From the NCBI GenBank assembly GCA_020723435.1, contig DYIV01000001.1, positions 1 through 60,261 on the forward strand: 60,261 nt of DNA, written 5' to 3'. Positions within the stretch are counted from its first letter, which is position 1, and each line of letters begins with the position of its first letter. The notes beneath the pieces are model-generated. The model ran no database searches. It had not been told where the DNA came from and saw only the letters and a program-made list of their open reading frames with translations. Positions 55,174-60,261 of the stretch are shown piece after piece. The DNA comes from Slackia heliotrinireducens. Its GTDB lineage: Bacteria > Actinomycetota > Aquicultoria > DYIV01. Both the position numbers and the translations under genes were made by a program.

Positions 55174-56090
55174 TGCCTCACCGGCTTTCGCAGAGTCGAA
55201 TCGTCCAAGCCGAAAGCGCGTGTCGCCGCCGCCTTCGCCGACGATTCGGCCAATTGATTGATGACATCGACCAAGGATGGGGTTTCGTACTGCACGAGAT
55301 TGGGACGCCCCTTGATTCTACCCAGGCGAGCTGCAAGGTCAACGGCGTCCTGGAAGTTGCCGACCTCGTCGACGAGGCCGATTTCCACCGCACCCGATCC
55401 CGTCCACGTGCGTCCGGTCGCCAGCTCGCGCACCTTCGCGACGGGCAGGCCGCGCGCCTTGGCGACCTGCTCGACGAACTGATCGTAGGTTATCTTCGCG
55501 TCGGCCTGAAGCAGCCTCTTCTCCGCGGGGGTCAACGAACGGAACGGGTTGCCCATGTCCTTGTACTTGCCCTCTTTGATGACGGTCATTCCGACGCCGT
55601 ACTTGTCGGCGAGCTTCGAGATGTCCGGCACCTCCATGATGACACCGATGCTACCCACGTCGGAGGCGGGCGCGGCGACTATCTTGTCCGCTTCGGCGGC
55701 GATCATGTAGGCCCCTGAGGCGCCGACGTCGGCGATGGAGACGACAACGGGCTTCTTGACGCGCGCCAGCTCCATCGCGATCTCCTGGCTGGCCGCCGCC
55801 GTTCCTCCCGGGCTGTTGACGCGCAGCAGTATCGCCTTGACGGTCCGGTCCTGGTCCGCGCGGCGCAGATCGCTGATCATTCGCTCCGGGTCCGTCGAGG
55901 TGATCCCATCGCCGGATGTGGCCGCGATGACACCGGTCAGATGGATCAGCGCGATTCGATTGCTCAAGCCCAGCCCGCTGCTGTCGCTGCTCATCGAGAC
56001 GAGAACGAGGCCCCCACAGCAGCCGAAGACGAGCAGGAGCGCGAGGATGCTGCTTACGATGATGAGGACGCGCTTGTTCTTCAAAGCCAT
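55170..56090 (-). CDS. sppA: signal peptide peptidase SppA, 36K type
   Basis: It has an N-terminal TM helix and the blocks VKAILLRVNSPGGTAAAS, ASGAYMIA and GSIGV, followed by the catalytic Lys region (G.YKD). Confidence 0.9.
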   Translation of the reverse strand: MALKNKRVLIIVSSILALLLVFGCCGGLVLVSMSSDSSGLGLSNRIALIHLTGVIAATSGDGITSTDPERMISDLRRADQDRTVKAILLRVNSPGGTAAASQEIAMELARVKKPVVVSIADVGASGAYMIAAEADKIVAAPASDVGSIGVIMEVPDISKLADKYGVGMTVIKEGKYKDMGNPFRSLTPAEKRLLQADAKITYDQFVEQVAKARGLPVAKVRELATGRTWTGSGAVEIGLVDEVGNFQDAVDLAARLGRIKGRPNLVQYETPSLVDVINQLAESSAKAAATRAFGLDDSTLRKPVRQ

Positions 56091-58346
56091 CTACTCCTCC
56101 ATGATGATTTTGAGATTGCCTTCCTTTCGCATGACTGTGAAACTGGTCACGCCGTGCTCACGATTGAAGGAGATGTCCAGCCTGGCCGGTCCGATCGGCA
56201 GGTTCTTCACTGAGACCGAGTTGAGCCACGGCGGCAGTGTCGGCTGGTTGATGTAGAGGGTCGAGTTCGGCGCGTCCGGACTCAAACCCAGCATCGTCTG
56301 GAAGATCATGAACATGGTCCCGGCGGCCCACGCCTGGGGACTGCAGGCCACCGGGTAAGAGACGGGCCAGTTGGCGCCGCGCCGCGTGAATCCACAGAAC
56401 AGCTCGGGCAGGCGCGCGTAGGCGTGATGCGTTGCCGTGTCGAAGAGCGCTCCAGCCACCACGTTGGCCTGCTCCGGGAAGCCGTAGCGCTTGATGCCCC
56501 TGACGATGAGTGAGTTGTCGTGCGGCCAGACGCTGCCGTTGTGGTAGCTCATGGGGTTGTAACCCTTGGCGCTCTTGCTCATCGTGCGAATTCCTCGCCC
56601 CGAGAACATGTCGGGCTGCAGCAAACGCGCGACGACCCGTGGCGCCTTGTTGTCGTCGACGACACCCGTGAACAGACACTGGCCGGGGTTGGACGTGATC
56701 GTTCGGACCTGGTTGCCCTCGCCGTCGAGCGCCATGCAGAAGAAGCCCTCGTCCTCCATCCAGAACTTCTCGTTGAATCTCTCCTTGAGCACGGCGGCCT
56801 GCAGGCGAAGGTTGGCCGCCCTCTTATGGTCCCCGAGCATCTCGTACAGATCGGCGGAGCGTCGCTTGGCGTAGTAGACGTAGCCCTGAACCTCGGCTAA
56901 GGCTATTGGAGGCTCGGCCAGCTTGCCGTTGGTGTGCATCACCGCGTTGAACGAGTCTTTCCACCCTTGATTGATCAGACCGCGCTTCGACTTCTTCTCG
57001 TACTGAAGGAAGCCCTCGTACATGCCGTACTTGTCGATCCAGTCCAGAGCGGCCGCCAGATTCGACTCGAGTTCGTGGAGCATCACGGTGTCGTTGGTCC
57101 ACTTGATGTATTCAGACAGCGCGATGATGAATAGCGGCGTCGAGTCGACCGAGCCGTAGTAGGGCGTGTGCGGGATCTCGCGCAGATTCGCCAGCTCGCC
57201 GCGGCGGATCTCGTGGAGGATCTTGCCCGGTTCCTCATCACGCCACTGGTCTTCCTCTGTTCCCTGAAGCCTGGCGAGCGTGCGCAGCGTTTCGGCGGCC
57301 GGGTACGTCGTTAGTGGTAGCGCCTGAAACGCTGAGATGAGACCGTCGCGACCGAACGGAGCGACGTACCAGGGGATGCCGCCGTCGATAATCGATCCAT
57401 GCTCGGTCTTCGTCAGCAGAGCCCGCAGGTCGCTCTTGCCTCGCTCCAGGACCGTGTCGAAGAGCCGGTTGTCCGTCACGAACTTGGTGCACTTTTTCTC
57501 CCACACCTCGTACTCTTGACGCAGCTCGCTCACCGCGCTGTTGAAGTTGACCGACACGTCGTCGGCCGTTCCCACCACGGGCTGAACGAAGAATTGCAGC
57601 AGATGACGGCCGTGAGACTGGATTTCGATGTCGAAGCGCACGGTCGCGCCGTGCATCGTCGTGGCGAATTCATTCGGTACCTGCGAGAACTCCACCTTGG
57701 TCTGGCGGAACACGTCATCCTGGCCGTGGTAGGCGAGAACCAGCGTGCGATCGCTGAGCTTGGGCTTGAGCAGCGTGCCGCGTGCCTGCCGGCGCATGCC
57801 GCGCACTTCGAACATGTCGGCGAAGTCAGCGCCGAACGATAGCTCTATGCTGACTGTGACCGGAAATGGATTGTAGTTCTTGACACGTAGCCGCTCGAAG
57901 AAGCCGTCCTTGACCACGCGAAGTCGCCGGATGTTGAGAGTCTCCTGCGGCACCAGAATGCGGCTTCCCTCGTGGATGTCGGCATTGGTCAGCTCGATGT
58001 GCGACATGTAGTCCCGCTCGGCCGTCGAGGTCAGAAGAACCGGATCGCGGCCGTTGAGCCGCATCTCAAACAGAGACAGGAATCGCGTGTCCCGATCGAA
58101 GAAGCCCAGGCCGCCGGTGTTTTCGGCGGGTATGTTGCCGTCGATGGCCGTGAACAGAAAGTGCGGCCCCTCCTTGACGGAGAGGCGGCGCTCCTTGATG
58201 TCGACTATGATGAAGGGCAGGCCCTCATTGAGGATTCGAGTGTTGGCGTCTACCTCAACTTCGAATTCCTCGCCCTCAGGGCTCGTTATCTTCTGCAACT
58301 CTGACTGCCCCCGCGCCGGGTTCGTGTCGCTCGATGATCGATTCAT
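56091..58346 (-). CDS. glycogen debranching enzyme family protein (amylo-alpha-1,6-glucosidase, archaeal/bacterial GDE type)
   Basis: 751 aa with an N-terminal GDE_N-like region and a C-terminal (alpha/alpha)6 region (GIPWY.APFGRD..I......L, GKILHE, NQGWKDS, YHNGSVWPHDN). The start is uncertain. The first ATG gives a 71-nt overlap with the upstream gene, while TTG near 58293 would reduce this to about 18 nt. Confidence 0.85.
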   Translation of the reverse strand: MNRSSSDTNPARGQSELQKITSPEGEEFEVEVDANTRILNEGLPFIIVDIKERRLSVKEGPHFLFTAIDGNIPAENTGGLGFFDRDTRFLSLFEMRLNGRDPVLLTSTAERDYMSHIELTNADIHEGSRILVPQETLNIRRLRVVKDGFFERLRVKNYNPFPVTVSIELSFGADFADMFEVRGMRRQARGTLLKPKLSDRTLVLAYHGQDDVFRQTKVEFSQVPNEFATTMHGATVRFDIEIQSHGRHLLQFFVQPVVGTADDVSVNFNSAVSELRQEYEVWEKKCTKFVTDNRLFDTVLERGKSDLRALLTKTEHGSIIDGGIPWYVAPFGRDGLISAFQALPLTTYPAAETLRTLARLQGTEEDQWRDEEPGKILHEIRRGELANLREIPHTPYYGSVDSTPLFIIALSEYIKWTNDTVMLHELESNLAAALDWIDKYGMYEGFLQYEKKSKRGLINQGWKDSFNAVMHTNGKLAEPPIALAEVQGYVYYAKRRSADLYEMLGDHKRAANLRLQAAVLKERFNEKFWMEDEGFFCMALDGEGNQVRTITSNPGQCLFTGVVDDNKAPRVVARLLQPDMFSGRGIRTMSKSAKGYNPMSYHNGSVWPHDNSLIVRGIKRYGFPEQANVVAGALFDTATHHAYARLPELFCGFTRRGANWPVSYPVACSPQAWAAGTMFMIFQTMLGLSPDAPNSTLYINQPTLPPWLNSVSVKNLPIGPARLDISFNREHGVTSFTVMRKEGNLKIIMEE

Positions 58347-59340
58347 ACAGCTGTAAGTAGTTATTCGTCATTCGCTTGACGCCGAAACGCGACTCGACGT
58401 GGCGGCGGCAGACCGCGGCGTCGAGCGTCTCAAGCCTCTTCACCTTTTCGACCATTTCGTCGACGTTGTTGACCAGAAATCCGGTCTGCCCGTCGACGAT
58501 GAGCTCAGGCACCGAGCCGTACGGGAACGCGATGACAGGCGTCCCGGTGACCATCGCCTCGATCATGACCAGCCCGAAGGGCTCCGCCCACTGCAGGGGA
58601 AAGATGAATCCGCGCGCGCCGCACAACAGATCCGCCTTCTCCTCCGGCGACACTTCGCCTTTGAAGACGACTTGCTCTCCGTCGATCAGCGGCGCGACCT
58701 TCTCGTCGAAGAAGACCTGGTCGCAAGCGTCGATCTTGCCGGCCATCATGAGCTTGACGCCTGCCCTCCCGGCGACCTCCGCCGCCAGGTCGGCCCCCTT
58801 CAAGTGCGACATGCGACCGATGAAGACGTAGTAGTCCTGCTTCTTGTCTGAGAACGGCCACTTCGGCACGTCAATGGCGTTGTATACCGTGCCGACGTAG
58901 TTGAGTTCGGGGAACCCACGGCGCTGTTCGTCGCTGATCGAATTGTAGTAACAGGCGTTCTTCACCGAGCTGAAGAAGGGGCGGTTGTGATCGGTGAAGA
59001 TGCCGTGGAGTGTGGTCAGAACGGGTGTATCGACGAAGGCCGCCAGCGTCATGCCGCCGTAGCCGCCGTGGTTGTGGATGATGTCGAACTCCCCGGCGCG
59101 CAAGAACGCCTGCATGACGTGGTTGAGATCGACGCATTCGACGCCGATCAGTTCGCGCTGGGGCACATGGTAAACGGAGGACAGCTCTCCCGCCGTGACC
59201 GAGTCGCCGCTGGCAAAAAGCGTGACGTCGTGGCCGCGCGCGACGAGCTCTTCGGTCAGCAGCGAGACGATGAGTTCAATGCCGCCGTAGCGTGCCGGCG
59301 GGACGCGCTCCCATATCGGCGCTACCATACCTATCTTCAT
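58276..59340 (-). CDS. glycosyltransferase family 4
   Basis: [37 protein letters not shown] and the C-terminal E....EPFGLV.IEAM..GTPVIA motif (GT-B, EX7E). Confidence 0.85.
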   Translation of the reverse strand: MKIGMVAPIWERVPPARYGGIELIVSLLTEELVARGHDVTLFASGDSVTAGELSSVYHVPQRELIGVECVDLNHVMQAFLRAGEFDIIHNHGGYGGMTLAAFVDTPVLTTLHGIFTDHNRPFFSSVKNACYYNSISDEQRRGFPELNYVGTVYNAIDVPKWPFSDKKQDYYVFIGRMSHLKGADLAAEVAGRAGVKLMMAGKIDACDQVFFDEKVAPLIDGEQVVFKGEVSPEEKADLLCGARGFIFPLQWAEPFGLVMIEAMVTGTPVIAFPYGSVPELIVDGQTGFLVNNVDEMVEKVKRLETLDAAVCRRHVESRFGVKRMTNNYLQLYESIIERHEPGAGAVRVAEDNEP

Positions 59341-60261
59341 AGCCCGATGGCCCTCTCCACGTCTTCCGTAGTTGGCTCGACTTCGGCGATCTCCGGAGCT
59401 GAGCCGATCGCGATGTCGGGGTCCTTCAGGCCGTGGCCGGTCAGCACGCAGACCACACGGCTGCCTGCCTCGATACGCCCGGCCGTCGCGGCTTTGCGCA
59501 GCCCGGCGACGCTCGCCGCCGACGCCGGCTCGCAGAAGATACCCTCCCGGCCCGCAAGCAGACGATAGGCCTCCAGGATCTCGTCGTCGGTGACCATGTC
59601 GATCTTGCCGCCCGATTCGTCGGCTGCGGCCTGCGCTTCCTTCCAGCGCGCCGGATTGCCGATGCGAATCGCCGTGGCTATCGTCTCCGGCCTCTCGACC
59701 GGGTGGCCCAGAACGATCGGCGCCGCCCCGGCGGCCTGAAAGCCCTGCATCTTCGGCAGCTTCGATGAAAGACCAAGCTCGCGGTATTCGCGATAGCCCT
59801 TCCAGTAACTCGTGATGTTGCCGGCGTTGCCGACCGGAATGCAGTGGTGGTCGGGCGCGTTACCTAGAACGTCGCAGATTTCGAATGAGCCGGTCTTCTG
59901 ACCCTCGATACGATAGTCGTTGAGTGAATTGACCAGCTCGATGGGGTGCTTCTTGGTCAGATCGACCGCGATGCGAAGACCGTCGTCGAAGTTGCCGCGG
60001 ATCGCCAGGACCGTCGCACCGTGCACGAGCGCTTGCGCCAGCTTGCCCCGTGCGATCTTGCCGCCGGGCACGAGCACGATGCATTTCATCTGCGCGCGCG
60101 CCGCGTAGGCGGCCGCCGACGCCGATGTGTTTCCGGTCGAAGCACACATGACCGCCTTCGCGCCGGCCTCAGCCGCCTTGGAGATCGCCATCGTCATGCC
60201 GCGATCCTTGAAGCTGCCGGTCGGATTCAGTCCCTCGAACTTGAAGTAGAGGTCGAGGTTA
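59337..60261 (-). CDS. thrC: threonine synthase, C-terminal about 308 aa (gene runs off the window end)
   Basis: The frame is open to the window edge. Its N-terminal part reads [29 protein letters not shown] (PLP-lysine motif). Further motifs are [14 protein letters not shown] and NAGN. Confidence 0.9.
   Translation of the reverse strand, partial: NLDLYFKFEGLNPTGSFKDRGMTMAISKAAEAGAKAVMCASTGNTSASAAAYAARAQMKCIVLVPGGKIARGKLAQALVHGATVLAIRGNFDDGLRIAVDLTKKHPIELVNSLNDYRIEGQKTGSFEICDVLGNAPDHHCIPVGNAGNITSYWKGYREYRELGLSSKLPKMQGFQAAGAAPIVLGHPVERPETIATAIRIGNPARWKEAQAAADESGGKIDMVTDDEILEAYRLLAGREGIFCEPASAASVAGLRKAATAGRIEAGSRVVCVLTGHGLKDPDIAIGSAPEIAEVEPTTEDVERAIGL

Overview
High-GC bacterial chromosomal segment. 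Bacterial identity follows from ssrA/smpB, rho, secA, ftsEX and prfA/prfB. There are about 60 genes, almost all on the minus strand, and many start-stop junctions overlap by 4 nt (GTGA/ATGA), suggesting translational coupling. No rRNA, tRNA, CRISPR array, transposase or integrase was seen.

Content from start to end:
- murI fragment.
- Four-gene group 3b-type [NiFe]-hydrogenase operon in the order beta-gamma-delta-alpha.
- Two GT2 glycosyltransferases.
- An accessory stretch of about 4.5 kb next to the 3' end of ssrA. It holds a Cys-rich duplicated protein with a long leader, an orphan Phd antitoxin, a TetR-controlled small operon, vapBC, and decayed gene remnants.
- tmRNA-smpB-rnr, ctpA-ftsX-ftsE, and a split transketolase.
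- A polytopic membrane gene interrupted by an in-frame TGA.
- prfB with the classical CTT TGA C +1 frameshift, then secA, then a decayed hicAB pair.
- The conserved rho-rpmE-prfA-prmC-tsaC-rpiB-glyA-upp housekeeping block.
- fsa/tal, then a 2-phosphoglycerate kinase plus cyclic 2,3-diphosphoglycerate synthetase pair in a tightly coupled sppA / small ORF / metallophosphoesterase chain.
- A glycogen debranching enzyme, a GT4 glycosyltransferase, and a thrC fragment.

Leading candidates for novelty:
1. Three very large secreted repeat proteins are inserted into the housekeeping block. They are a 14x FG-GAP protein, a roughly 12-14x BNR-like protein, and a 2,323-aa protein with 16 tandem PPC-like modules of about 131 aa. 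Two of them share an unusual Arg/Tyr-rich C-terminal module behind an FN3-like domain.
2. An archaeal-type cDPG (thermoprotectant) pathway sits in a bacterial context, with a coupled metallophosphoesterase that could be the unassigned turnover enzyme.
3. An 18-nt motif (GGGGACACCACACCTATT) is present four times, always at gene junctions. Two of the copies form a perfect 28-bp inverted repeat.

All functional calls rest on motif recognition by eye. No database search was run.
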